NCBI RefSeq assembly: GCF_006345805.1
Contig: NC_043006.1
Coordinates: forward strand, 18,476,001 to 18,540,000
DNA: 64,000 bases
Direction of reading: 5' to 3'
Origin: Octopus sinensis
Lineage: Eukaryota
Below are positions 1-11,799 of this stretch, one piece after another; the stretch's first letter is position 1; every line of letters starts with the position of its first letter. Made by a program: the position numbers and the translations under genes. The notes beneath the pieces are model-generated. The model searched no databases. It worked only from the letters and a program-made list of their open reading frames with translations, and was not told the DNA's origin.

Positions 1-304
1 GGCCAAGAAAAGAGTATTTCCTCTGTGACTTCTCCAATCATTATTCTATCTACACAAGAACTGTTGTTGTTATTTTTTTACCCCACCCTGCAGGGTTAGC
101 TCTAATTGTGTTGACACAATATCCAAAATGTCACAGTTGTAAAACACTCCAGTCTTTTATTCAGACACACAACACTGCATAATGTTGGATGCAATGTGTT
201 ATTCTTCTTTTTCCAGACTATAGGGTACCAGTTAAGAGCAATCTAACACCTCTTTCTAGCAAATTAAGTGACCATACAGCGGTACCCCCTGAGGTGACAT
301 AGTA

Positions 305-655
305 GTGATGGAGTTATTGGGGAAGGTGGGAATGGTAGTGGTGTTGATGTTGATGGTGTTGATATTGGTGATGGTAGTGATGGTGGTGATGGTGATGGTA
401 GTATGGATAGTGATAGTGTTGGTCATGATGATGGTACTAATGATGAAAGCAATGATGCTGGTGATGATGGTAATGGTGGTGTTAGTGGTGATGATAGTGT
501 TGATATTGGTGGTGATGGTATTGATGGTTGATGTTGGTGATGACGGTGGTGGTGATGGTGGAAGTGATGATAGTGATGGTATGATAATGGTGATGATATT
601 GGTGTCACTAGTGATGGTGGTAGTAATGATGCTGTTGGTGATAGTTTTGTTGTAT
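305..655 (+). repeat. Cryptic (GAT/GGT/AGT)n trinucleotide low-complexity tract
   Basis: Degenerate gatggt/gatagt triplets; explains the M/V-rich and H/P-rich ORFs here. Confidence 0.9.
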
Positions 656-1640
656 TAATCAAGCTAAGGTTTGAACAAAGATGTTCCAGTCACAATCATT
701 CTGTCTTTTATTCTGGTATAGTGTACCTAAGATTATATTAACTACTGTGCTTGTGTTCTTTTTTAAGATAGCAAGGTATGATGCAAAAGAAATATAGTTG
801 TTAGGTCTAGCAGTTCAAGAACCACATAGAGGCAAGAGTGGATGTGTGGCTCAAATACATTATATTCCACATTTTCAATTCAAATCACATTGGTGATGAT
901 ATTAATAGTCATCCCTATACTGATACCAGTAAATGTATTAGGGTGTTTTACTGACCTAAGCAGCAGCAACACCATTTTCTTTCTGTTTTTCATTTCCTGA
1001 TGAAGGGCAACAAGACTCGAAATGTTAGACTCTATACTTCTCATTGCAATTTGTTATTAAACGCTCCTACAATGTCCTCTATGAACTAACTGTTGTTGGC
1101 ACAGTCTATTACCTATAATATACCAAGGTTTATTCCATCAACTGTGCTCCTCCCCAATATTTGTACCTTTGAAACCAATGTAATAACTTGACATATAGAA
1201 TCACTAATACAAAATTTCATGGCTATGCAAAACGATATATTCATATTCCTTTTTCAATATAAGAATTGTGTCATTCTTATAACTATATTGGTGGTTATAT
1301 TTACCTTCCTATTTGCTTATCAACAGAACAACATTATTACTGTTTGGGCCGTAATTCTCATGACAGGAAGCAGTTCATTGCAGTGCAAGAAATGGAATTT
1401 AATGTTTTGTATTGATTCTTTTCAAAATATCTTAAAGAGCTCCATAACACAGCTGCCACACACTCACACACCATCTTATATTTGTTGATTATTATTACCC
1501 TCTATAGAAAATGATTATATCTATAGATCTATTGATTGGTCTGGCCATGTGTGTGTTTGTCTCTTTATCAATCAATCACTTTCTTTCGATTCTATGTTGC
1601 TTGAGTATAATATTGATTTCAAATTTTCACATAAGACCCG

Positions 1641-1828
1641 CAATTTCTGGGAAGAAGGTAAGTCAATTACATTGACCCAGTATTCAACTGGTACTTATTT
1701 TATCAACCTCAAAAGGATGAAAGGCAAAGTCAACCTTGGTGGAATTTGAACTCAGAACATGAAAGACGGATGAAATGCCACTAAGCATTTTGCCCAGGGT
1801 GCTAACAATTCTGCCATCTTGCTGCCTT
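1641..1828 (-). mobile_element. SINE family B (tail variant B2), degenerate
   Basis: Reverse complement matches the family B head and core GTTCAAATTCC...GACTTTGCCTTTCATCCTTT seen in >10 copies. Confidence 0.75.
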
Positions 1829-1954
1829 GACTGGACAAATAGGCTAAATAGAACTCAGTGCATAAGTATATATATGTTTTATTATTTCTAATTCGCACAA
1901 TTTACAAATTGATTCAAAGGCTGAGAATGACTGTGTAACCTCAGCTGACTGAAA

Positions 1955-1963
1955 TTAATAATA

Positions 1964-2030
<67 letters not shown>
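1955..2030 (+). repeat. (AAT)n microsatellite
   Basis: Direct reading; abuts the 5' end of a family E unit. Confidence 0.95.
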
Positions 2031-2032
<2 letters not shown>

Positions 2033-2589
2033 GCCCTGATGCAGTACCAGGCAGTGGCTCTCATGGCTTCTGATCTTAACTGATTGGAAGTGTTATCATG
2101 TACATTGTTTTGTCTTGGTATAAAAGATGGGCTACAGCAAATATTCTGCTCAATACCACAGATTTGCTTGTCAGTTGTTTGACCATAACCAGTTGAGCAT
2201 GTCCCTTAGTGGCTGATGATATGTGCATCTCTGATCATGAGCAGAAGTAGTGGGGGAGCATCATAGCCATATGTTGAGAGGGATTCTTTGGGGTTTGAAT
2301 AATTCACCTCTGGAAACATGGGTGGTTCTTTCAACATCCTTAAACAACCCTTATTCAGGGACCTTTTGAGCAGGATGGGCTACTCAACCTGAAGAAAATT
2401 CTAACTGGGCCCCACCTGCAAGGTCATGTGCTGTTTATCTTGATATGAGATCACCATGTCGCTCACATATGGTTGTGATGCATGTGCCTGGTGTACCTTT
2501 ATCAGACGGGTAGTCATGATGGGTATATTGGGCTTCGTATATTTTACCCCAGTGTCACTTTGATGGCATGAACTGCTCTCTCACTCAAT
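2031..2589 (+). mobile_element. Family E ~550-bp non-coding element bounded by (AAT)n
   Basis: Near-identical to 23366-23910, 24208-24724 (minus) and 62211-62730; starts ATGCCCTGATGCAGTACC, ends CTCTCTCACTCAAT. Confidence 0.85.
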
Positions 2590-2616
2590 GATAATAATAA
2601 TAATGATAATAATAAT

Positions 2617-2820
2617 CATCATCATTTAATGTCCACTTTTCATGCTGACAAGGGTTAGGCAGATTGATGGAACTGGTAATCCGGAGATATGCATCAGGTT
2701 CCAGTCTGATTTGGCAAGGTTTCTATAGCTGGATGCCCTTTCTAATGCCAACCACTCCAAGAATGTAATGGGGGATTTTTACATGCCACTGACAAGGGTG
2801 CCATTTACATAACACTGGCA
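2617..2820 (-). mobile_element. Family D retroposon 3' fragment with (GAT)n tail
   Basis: Contains GCTGGATGCCCTT.CTAATGCCAACCACTCC and a (CAT)n run on plus, as in other D copies. Confidence 0.7.
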
Positions 2821-2904
2821 GCTGAAATTAATAATACTAATATGTACTAGATCTATGGATATTCTGTGAAGTAGGCAACCTCTTCAACATTATTATTATA
2901 TTTT

Positions 2905-3055
2905 ATATATTGAGTTCAAATACCGCTGAGGTCGACTTTACTTTTCCTCCTTTCAGGGTCAATAAAAATAAGTACCAGTTGAGCACTGGAGTTGATGTAT
3001 TCGACTAGTCCCCTCCCCTAAATTTCAGGCTGTGTGCCTATAGAAGAAAGGATTA
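2905..3055 (+). mobile_element. SINE family B2, 5'-truncated
   Basis: TGAGTTCAAATACCGCTGAGGTCGACTTTAC...AAGTACCAGTT core plus B2 tail. Confidence 0.7.
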
Positions 3056-3060
3056 TTGTA

Positions 3061-3626
3061 TTGGGTTGTCCAGAAAGTTTGTGCTGATTTATAATAGCTT
3101 ACCTTTCGACTTATTTTAGAACATGGTTGAGTCCGTAAAATAGGATTTGACTACACCTCCATTTAGAGCACAGTTTAAGCTATCTCTCCGTGGAAGAAGG
3201 TTTATGTTCCTATAACCTGTGTTAATTCTGTAACCCTTTAAAATGGAAGATAAGAAAATTCATTTTTGGCACTTGATGCTTTGGGAACCAAAAAAAGTTG
3301 CTGCAGCTCGGCTGGGATGTGTTACCCCACCCTCCACATTCACCAGATGTTGTTCCTTCAGATTTCCACTTATTCAGGTCTCTGCAGAATAGTCTTAATG
3401 GTAAAAATTTCAATTCCTTGGATGACGTAAAGAGATACCTTTGATGAATTCTTTGCCATGAAACCACCCCAATTCTGGGAAGAGGGTATTTTCAAGTTAA
3501 AGGAAAGATGGAGACGCATTGTGCAACAAAATGGTTCATATTTGGTTGATTAAAAATGTAATGGCAAGTATTTATTGACCTTTTTCTTTCCTTTAAAAAT
3601 CGGCACAAACTTTCCGGACAACCCAA
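3061..3626 (+). mobile_element. Mariner internal-deletion derivative
   Basis: TIRs TTGGGTTGTCCAGAAAGTTTGTGCTGATTT / AAATCGGCACAAACTTTCCGGACAACCCAA, TA on both sides; encodes MEDKKIHFWHLMLWE joined to GWDVLPHPPHSPDVVPSDFHLFRSLQN...WEEGIFKLKERWRRIVQQNGSYLVD* (variant of the mariner YSPDLAPSD motif). Confidence 0.92.
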
Positions 3627-4004
3627 TATTTCATAATTTAAAAAAGATAATTTCTGCTTCTGTGAAATAGATTGCATTGAAAGCATTATTTTAATGCAGA
3701 GTAGCATGTGAAGTTCGACAATGCTTTCAGGTGCATGCATTACTGTAAGATAAAGTCTTGTAGTTTTGAAGTGAAAAACTATTCTTCATGAAGTTGCACT
3801 GTAACTAGATCAATTTCTGTTCAAACATCATCTGTATCTTTAAAAGGTGTTTATGATTAGAGTGAATCAAATAAAAAGCAACAGTTGACTTGGTTCATTA
3901 AATATGGATGCAATATTTTGATATCAATATATATATATGTGATTTTCTTATATAAGCAAATATGTACCTCCACTTAAACTCACTTCTTAAATAACTGTAA
4001 GGTA

Positions 4005-4620
4005 AACATGACTGTGTGGTAAGATGCTTGCTTCCTGACCACATGGTTCCTGGTCCAGTCCCACTGTGTAGCATCTGGGGCAAGTCTTATACTATAGCCT
4101 CAAGCCAACCAAAGACTTGTGAGTGGATTTGAAAGGTGGCGAGCTGGCAGAAACGTTAGTGCGTCGGACGAAATGCTTAGCGGTATTTCGTCTGCCATTA
4201 CATTCTGAGTTCAAATTCCGCCGAGGTCGACTTTGCCTTTCCTCCTTTTGGGGTTGATGAATTAAGTACCAGTTACGCACTGGGGTCGATGTAATTGACT
4301 TAATCCCTTTGCTTGTCCCCTCTATGTTTAGCTCCTTGTGAGCAAAAAAGAAATAAGAAACTGAAAGAAGCCCACTGTATGTATATACATATATATATAT
4401 ATAAATATCTGTGTATGTGTTTCTTTGTTTGTCCCCCTGCCAATACTGCTGGGCAACCAGTCCTGGAGTGTCATGTCCCCATAACTTAGTGATCTGGCAA
4501 AAAAGTCCTATAGAATAAATACCTGGCTTTTAAAATAATAAGCAATGGGGTTGATACATTCGACTAAAAATTTTTGAAGGCAGTGCCCCAGTATGATCAT
4601 AGACTAATGACTGAGATAAG
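4005..4620 (+). mobile_element. SINE family C, split by a family B1 copy
   Basis: C head and core GCC.ACCAAAG.CTTGTGAGTGGATTTG stop at ~4132 and resume (GAAACTGAAAGAAGCCC) at ~4357. Confidence 0.75.
4133..4356 (+). mobile_element. SINE family B1 (tRNA-like head; core resembles the Meta domain)
   Basis: GGTGGCGAGCTGGCAGAAACGTTAG...GAGTTCAAATTCC (B box)...GCCTTTCCTCCTTTTGGGGTTGATGAATTAAGTACCAG...AAAGAAATA. Confidence 0.85.
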
Positions 4621-4693
4621 TGGAAGATATGGTACAGATATGATACAGTTTTATTAAAACCAGACATTGTGAGATATCATAATAATCCATTAT

Positions 4694-5081
4694 GGATGGA
4701 AGCACTCCGTCGGTTACGACGACGAGGGTTCCGGTTGATCCGAATCAACGGAACAGCCTGCTCGTGAAATTAACGTGTAAGTGGCTGAGCACTCCGCAGA
4801 CACGTGTACCTTAACATAGTTCTCGGGGATATTCAGCGTGACACAGAGAGTGACAAGGCCGGCCCTTTGAAATATAGGTACAACAGAAACAGGAAGTAAG
4901 AGTGAGAGAAAGTTGTGGTGAAAGAGTACAGCAGGGATCACCACCATCCCCTGCCGGAACCTCGTGGAGCTTTTAGGTGTTTTCGCTCAATAAACACTCA
5001 CAACGCCCGGTCTGGGAATCAAAACCGCGATCCTATGACCACGAGTCCGCTGCCCTAACCACTGGGCCATTGCGCCTCCAC
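4694..5081 (-). mobile_element. SINE family A, full length
   Basis: tRNA-like head (TGGCCCAGTGG A box, GGTTTTGATTCCC B box); 13-bp TSD AATAATCCATTAT at 4681-4693 and 5082-5094. Confidence 0.95.
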
Positions 5082-5670
5082 AATAATCCATTATAGTAAT
5101 CTAAGCAAAGTTATCCAAATAAAAGTTAGTTAGAAAAATTTGGGAAAAAGCTTATGATTCACAAATATAATAACTTAGAAAATAAAATTTTCTTTAAGTT
5201 CATCTAATGTTGTCAGATATGTTCTGTATTGATAGGCCTTTTACCTGTGGCAAACTGACAGAGCATGACCCTCATACTAATTTACTAATGGAGGGACAAG
5301 AAGAATTATAATAGGATGTGTGTGTGTGTGTGTGTGTGAATAATCTTAAAAATCAAATCGTTGCTATGATTTACACAGAGATGCCATCAGCATGGAAACC
5401 AATAGTTAAGTTAATATTAACATATTTAAGGCAGTGCATGTAGAAAATTTCATTAGAAATACTTAATGCTGTAAGGAAATGTAGCATTAGCTCAATGACT
5501 AGCATATTATTTAATCCTTTCATTACTAACCATATCATTTCAGCAACTGTGGCTAAGAAATTTGCTTCATAACCGTGTAATTTTGGGTTCAGCTCTACTG
5601 CACAGCATCTTAGTTAAGTGTCTCCTACTATAGCCCTGTTAATCCTGTACTGATCAAAGGTAGATGTTAA

Positions 5671-5702
<32 letters not shown>

Positions 5703-6037
5703 GGCAGCGACGGCGGTGATGGTGGTGGTGGTGGTGGTGGTGGTGGTGATGATGATGATGATGATGATGATGAAACAAGTTTGTTGTGTGAGTGTGTGTG
5801 TGTATATATATATATATGTATATATATATCTGAGTAGTTGAATGAATTATCTTATTATGAATAATTCGGTTAACCGATACCTGGGTAGCAAATTCACGTC
5901 AGAAGGCGGCATATTGCACCCCTTATTCCTTCGAAATTAGGAATATGCAGCCTTTGAAACATATGTCGAGTATAAAGGAATTTTGTTAAATCGTCGTTCA
6001 ACTCCATTCTTTCATTTATTTGTATATATATATATAT

Positions 6038-6400
6038 ATCATCATTTAGCATCTGCTTTCCATGTTGGGATGGGTTAGATGGTTTGACTGGAACTGGTAA
6101 GCTGGATAGCTGCACCAAGTTCCAGTCTGGTTTGGCAGTGTTTCTACAGCTGGATGCCCTTCCTAATGCCAACCACTCCAAGAGTGTGATGGGTGATTTT
6201 TACATGCCACTGGCATGGGTGCTTTATATGTGCCACCATCAGATGCCAGTTATGTGACACCAGCATCAGCCATGACTATGATTTCACTTGACTTGATGAG
6301 TCTTTTCAAGCACGGCATATCGCCAAAGGTATTGGTCACTTGTCATCACCTCCATGAGGCTCAACATTTGAAGATCATGCTGCACCGCTTATATACATAT
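6038..6400 (-). mobile_element. Family D retroposon fragment
   Basis: GCTGGATGCCCTTCCTAATGCCAACCACTCC motif; divergently oriented to the adjacent plus-strand copy. Confidence 0.7.
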
Positions 6401-6409
6401 AACAAACAC

Positions 6410-6693
6410 CATCCGAGCGTGGCCGTTCGCCAGCCTCGTCTGGCACCTGTGTCGGCGGCACATAAGAAAACACCATCCGAGCGTGGCCGTCTGCCAGCCT
6501 TGTCTGGCACATAAAATAACCCACTACACTCTCGGAGTGGTTGGCGTTAGGAAGGGCATCCAGCTGTAGAAACACTGCCAGATCTGACTGGCCTGGTGCA
6601 GCCTTCGGGCTTGCCAGACCCCAGTTGAACCGTCCAACCCATGCTAGCATGGAAAGCGGACGTTAAACGATGATGATGATGACGATGATGATG
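6410..6693 (+). mobile_element. Family D retroposon 3' fragment with (GAT)n tail
   Basis: GGAGTGGTTGGCGTTAGGAAGGGCATCCAGC...CATGGAAAGCGGACGTTAAAC(GAT)n; near-identical to 7786-7945 and 11214-11541. Confidence 0.88.
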
Positions 6694-6745
6694 ATATATA
6701 TATATATAGTATGAGAAAGTATCTCATTTATTTCTTTGCCACATT

Positions 6746-6798
6746 TATCACTGACGAAGGGAGGGTTCTTATGAACTAACCCTGAAATCGGTCCGATA
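6746..6798 (+). ncRNA. Type I hammerhead ribozyme, slightly degenerate
   Basis: TATCA-CTGACGA-AGGG(..GTTC ttat GAAC..)CCCT-GAAA-TCGG-TC-CGATA; one mismatch in stem I and one in the stem III palindrome. Confidence 0.6.
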
Positions 6799-7472
6799 TG
6801 GTAATAACGGAATTTTTTAGAAATTTCTGTCGGCCTTTTTTGAGTAGCGTGCGTATTGTGAAAAATTATATGGTTATGGACAATGTGTTCAATTTCGGCA
6901 TATTTGGCATTATAATTTTTTTCGTTTGCCCTTATTTATGAGTTGTATGTATATATATATATATATATATATTATTTATGAGTGTGTATTTGTTGTTTGT
7001 CCCCTATCACTGCCTGACAATTAGTGTTGTTTTGTTTATGTCCCCACAACTAAAGGAACTGATAGAGTAAGTATTAGGCTTTAAAAAATAAGCACAGGGG
7101 TCAATTCATTCAACTGAAGCCCATTTGGGTGGTGTCCCAGCATGGTTGGAGCCCAATGAGTGCAACAAGACATGACAATAAAAAATAAGTATGGAACGTA
7201 GGGGTGGGGGAAACTTTAGTCATGTTTTGGTCTTATTAGACCATATCAGTGAAGCATAAACTTTGTCATTCTTGCTTCAATTAACTGAAATTATTTTTGG
7301 AATTATTTTCATGTTACTCAAATTTCTATAGCCTTCTCCCATAATTATATCATATAACCTCATGAGGTAACTTGAAAGGGCAGCTCTCAGTGGCAAAAGA
7401 TGCCACATATTATGAAAACCTAACTTGTATTATTAAAACCTATCTTTTCGTTTCTTTCTCCTCTAACCTCAG

Positions 7473-7555
7473 TGCTTTGAGATCCAGAAATTTGTTTTGG
7501 GACCCAAACACAAAAAGACCATCGATTCAAAGAGCACAATTGATATCCTGAAGAC
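7473..7555 (+). CDS. Internal coding exon of a host gene, TTC23-like C-terminal TPR region
   Basis: Polypyrimidine tract + CTAACCTCAG acceptor, GTAAGT donor; 83 nt encoding CFEIQKFVLGPKHKKTIDSKSTIDILK(T); resembles my recollection of human TTC23 CLQIQTLLYGPQDKRTLATQQAMGMLST (not verified by search). Confidence 0.6.
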
Positions 7556-7785
7556 GTAAGTTATTTCTTTCAACTTTCTTTATTCCTCTTTGACATCTTT
7601 TAAATTTATTTAATTCAAATTTTTAGTCAGAAAGAAGGGTTTTACAGCACCCTTGAAATTGCTGGGAGAGAGGAAGGAAGATCTCAAACCAGAGACTTGA
7701 CCTGAATGTTTGCAACAGAGTAGATGTTATGAAGTAATGGTGTAATATAAACACACTTTACATCAGTTCAAATATATTTGTTATT

Positions 7786-7945
7786 CTCGGAGTGGTTGGC
7801 GTTAGGAAGGGCATCCAGCTGTAGAAACACTGCCAGATCTGACTGGCCTGGTGCAGCCTTCGGGCTCCCCAGACCCCAGTTGAACCGTCCAACCCATGCT
7901 AGCATGGAAAGCGGACGTTAAATGATGATGATGATGATGATGATT
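7786..7945 (+). mobile_element. Family D 3' fragment with (GAT)n tail
   Basis: Near-identical to 6530-6693. Confidence 0.88.
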
Positions 7946-7965
7946 AACTTGTAAAAGGTGATACT

Positions 7966-8385
7966 TTCTTTTACTCTTTTACTTGTTTCAGTCATTTGAC
8001 TGTGGCCATGCTGGAGCACCGCCTTTAGTCGAGCAAATCGACCCCGGGACTTATTCTTTGTAAGCCCAGTACTTATTCTATCGGTCTCTTTTGCCGAACC
8101 ACTAAGTGACGGGGACGTAAACACAACAGCATCGGTTGTCAAGCGATGCTAGGGGGACAAACACAGACACACAAACACACACATACATATACATATATAT
8201 ACATATATAAATACATATATACGACAGGCTTCTTTCTGTTTCCGTCTACCAAATCTACTCACAAGGCATTGGTCGGCCCGAGGCTATAGCAGAAGACACT
8301 TGCCCAAGATACCACGCAGTGGGACTGAACCCGGAACCATGTGGTTGGTTAGCAAGCTACTTACCACACAGCCACTCCTGCGCCT
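7966..8385 (-). mobile_element. SINE family C, full length
   Basis: Minus head AGGCGCAGGAGTGGCTGTGTGGTAAG...GGGTTCAGTCCC, internal (TG/TA)n, tail TGACTGAAACAAGTAAAAGAGTAAAA. Confidence 0.92.
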
Positions 8386-8754
8386 GATGTTTGTTATACA
8401 TCACTTTTTCGCTGCAGTTTGCACCGGAGAAAAATTCGAACTCTGGACCAAAGACATGAGAAACATCAAGGTCATTTCACTCCCTGTGGACTAGAAGATT
8501 CAATTCGAACACTTTTTTTTTATTTATCTTTTATCCTTTATTCATTTCAGTCATTAGACTGTGGCCATGCTGGGGCACCCCCTTCAAGAATTTTCAGTTG
8601 AATGAATCAACTCTGGTACTAATTTTTTTAAAGCCTGGTACATATTCTGTAGATCCTTTTTGCCAAACTGCTAAGTTACTGGCGCATTAACATACCAACA
8701 CCAGTTGTCCAGCAGTGGTGGGGGAACAAACAAACGCAAAGACACACCCCACAC

Positions 8755-8917
<163 letters not shown>

Positions 8918-9606
8918 ATTTGCAAAAAAAAAAAAAAAAAAAAAAGAAATATAAAATGTGACTTCATTGACCGAGGTTACCATGGTCTTTTCCGTAGGCT
9001 TTTCTTTCCACGGGTAAACCTCACCTGTCCTCCCCTTTACACTTCATATTGACATTTCTGTGATAACGATCCCTATTGATCAATTTTTTTTTCCTCTCCC
9101 CCCTTTTTTTTTTTTTAACACCCCCTTTCTTTTGTCCTCTTTCTCTCCTTTTACGATCCCTTTTGATCGAAACTCCCCCTTCCTTTTTTTTTTTTTTTTT
9201 TTTTAAACCTTCAAAAGAAAAGCTCTACCTTGTAATTTGTTCTATCTGTGTGCAGCCCTGTGTGGCTAATAAAGAAACATATCTACCTATCTATCTATAT
9301 ATATATATGTATATATAGTTTATTGGATATCCAACTAACTACTACCACCCACTCACCATTTAATCATATACCTGAAAGCTATAAACGCGTTCGTGTCGTA
9401 CATTTACACTATGTATAGTTATATAAGATATATGTAAGTTTAAAACGGAGCACTGTTTCTATATAAAAAAAGGTACAATTGGTATGAAACACAAAAAATC
9501 TTGACATTAACCACTCTGTCAACAAAATGTTATGTGGAAAGTGCCTCGAGCCGATCAAAATCTAATAAATGTATTTGGTACACGAAAACTGAAAGACGTC
9601 TGCCAT

Positions 9607-9647
<41 letters not shown>

Positions 9648-9661
9648 AATCTATCTATCTA

Positions 9662-9704
<43 letters not shown>

Positions 9705-9792
9705 AGAGTTTACAAAAAAAAACAAAAGACGAAGACAGGTGGTGTACAAAACAAACAGATGTATTAGTATAACGCTCAGGAATAGAAAAAGT

Positions 9793-9828
9793 CTTTTACG
9801 TTTCGAGCCTACGCTCTTCTACAGAAAG
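9793..9828 (-). ncRNA. Minimal type I hammerhead with U at core position 6
   Basis: Minus: CTTT-CTGTAGA-A-GAGC gtag GCTC-GAAA-CG-TA-AAAG; stems I, II and palindromic III pair fully. Confidence 0.6.
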
Positions 9829-9939
9829 GGACACAGAAAAAAACAAGAAAAGAAACAAGGAGAGAAAAAAATGTGTGTAGTGGCTAGCGATCTATATATA
9901 TATATATATATATGTATATGTGTGTGAGTGTATGTGTGT

Positions 9940-10100
9940 ACACAACAGGCTTCTTTTAGTTTCCATCTACCAAATTCACCCATAAGGCTTTGAGCGGCCC
10001 AAGGCTGTAATAGAAGACACTTGTCTATGGTGCTTCACAGTGGGTCTGAACCAAGAACTCTGTTGTTTGGAATCAAGCTTCTTACCACACTACTGCACCT
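9940..10100 (-). mobile_element. SINE family C 5' half, degenerate
   Basis: CAGGCTTCTTTTAGTTTCCATCTACCAAATTCAC...CTTACCACAC matches family C. Confidence 0.75.
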
Positions 10101-10447
10101 GTGCAGAGCAGGGTAACTCTGAACAGACTGGAAGACTTAGAGTTTCTTTATAAGAAGGCAATAAAAATTACTTACTGATAGTGCACTTTATCCACGAGGC
10201 CAGAACACTATATATGGGTATTGTGTGAAGCTGTGGCATGGTTAAAACAAAAAAGCTTGAAATGCTTCTATCAGCCATTAGGGCTACTCTGAACTGACTG
10301 TGGTGTTTTTGATACATTTTTGTCTAAAGCAAGAATTTTTCTCCATGGCAAACTGCAGTGAAAATTACCCTTTTTACAGGTCAAATATGTCCCATACTTA
10401 TTTGATCTCTTCTCTGAAGTGTGTTTATTTACATCGCTTTTTCACAT

Positions 10448-10833
10448 GGGAAGCACTCCGTCGGTTATGACGATGAGGGTTCCGGTTGATCCGAATCAAC
10501 GGAACAGCCTGCTCGTGAAATTAACGTGTAAGTGGCTGAGCACTCCACAGACACGTGCACCCTTAACGTAGTTCTCGGGGATATTCAGCGTGACACAGAG
10601 AGTGACAAGGCCGGCCCTTTGAAATACAGGTACAACAGAAACAGGAAGTAAGAGTGAGAGAAAGTTGTGGTGAAAGAGTACAGCAGGGATCACCACCACC
10701 TCCTGCCGGAGCCTCATGGAGCTTTTAGGTGTTTTTGCTCAATAAACACTCACAACGCCTGGTCTGGGAATCGAAACCACAATCCTATGACCGCGAGTCT
10801 GCTGCCCTAACCACTGGGCCATTGCGCCTCCAC
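10448..10833 (-). mobile_element. SINE family A, full length
   Basis: Matches 4694-5081; 12-bp TSD GCTTTTTCA(C/T)AT at 10436-10447 and 10834-10845. Confidence 0.95.
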
Positions 10834-11129
10834 GCTTTTTCATATACCACCTATTTGGATGAAACTTTCAGGGATGTTTGGCCTCGTGACTGTCATGAAC
10901 TGATTAGATTCTAGGATTGTTCCAGTTTTGGACAAGGATTGTGGATTATTTTTCTGTGGTTATTTTACTTAATTTTTGTAAGTGGTCGGGTTCATTTTTA
11001 GTATTCTTGTTTGTGAGAGCAGTTGAGTTTATTTCAGATATTCTCATTTTAAAAATCATCTCTGCCTAATTGTTGAGAGGATGTTGGTGTTGCCTTGACA
11101 GAGGTTTGTGCTCTCTGAGTGCTCTTGTT

Positions 11130-11183
<54 letters not shown>

Positions 11184-11213
11184 GTTATTAACATCAATGG
11201 AAATTGTAGCTGT

Positions 11214-11541
11214 GATACCAGTGCCGGTGGCACATAAGAGAACCATCCGAACGTGGCTGTTGCCAGCGCCGCCCCGACTGGCTTCCATGCCGGTGGCACA
11301 TAAAAAGCACCATCCAAGCGTGGTCGTTTGCCAGCCTTGTCTGGCACCTGTGCCGATGGCACGTAAAAAGCACCCACTACACTCATGGAGTGGTTGGTGT
11401 TAGGAAGGGCATCCAGCCGTAGAAACACTGCCAGATCAGACTGGAGCCTGGTGCAGCCTTCTGGCTTCCCAGACCCCAGTTGAACCGTCCAACCCATGCC
11501 AGCATGGAAAGCGGACGCTAAACGATGATGATGATGATGAT
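11214..11541 (+). mobile_element. Family D retroposon, longer 3' fragment with (GAT)n tail
   Basis: Internal repeats of GTGCCGGTGGCACATAA...ACCATCC plus the conserved D 3' end. Confidence 0.88.
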
Positions 11542-11799
11542 TAATCATTCAGTCTTTGTTCCATGCAGGAATGGGTTGGGTAGCTTGACAGGATCTGATG
11601 GGTCCAGGAACTGCACCATGCACCAGTGTCTGCTTTGGCACAGTTTTCTGCAGTGAAGTTCTAGTTGAAGTTATTACAAAGTTTTTTTTCTTCTTCTCTT
11701 ATTACTTAACTAAACCTCAAGAGGAAGTAAGATCAATTTCAGGAGGAGACAGAAGTCACAGAACAAAAACATTTAAGCACCATGTGTAGGGGATTATAC

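Noticed and set aside
217-293. Possible exon (TTCCAG acceptor, YRVPVKSNLTPLSSKLSDHTAVPPE)
   Set aside because: Weak donor and no recognisable homology, including to TTC23.
305-662. ORFs rich in M/V, H/T, I/Y, N or L here and throughout the ORF track
   Set aside because: They are translations of microsatellites and cryptic trinucleotide tracts, not genes.
5890-5970. Long stem followed by GAAA-CATATG-TC, hammerhead-like 3' half
   Set aside because: No CUGANGA or UUGANAA core and no stem I pairing.
10170-10330. Possible minus-strand exon ending at a GTAAGT donor
   Set aside because: Open frame has no recognisable similarity; cannot be supported.
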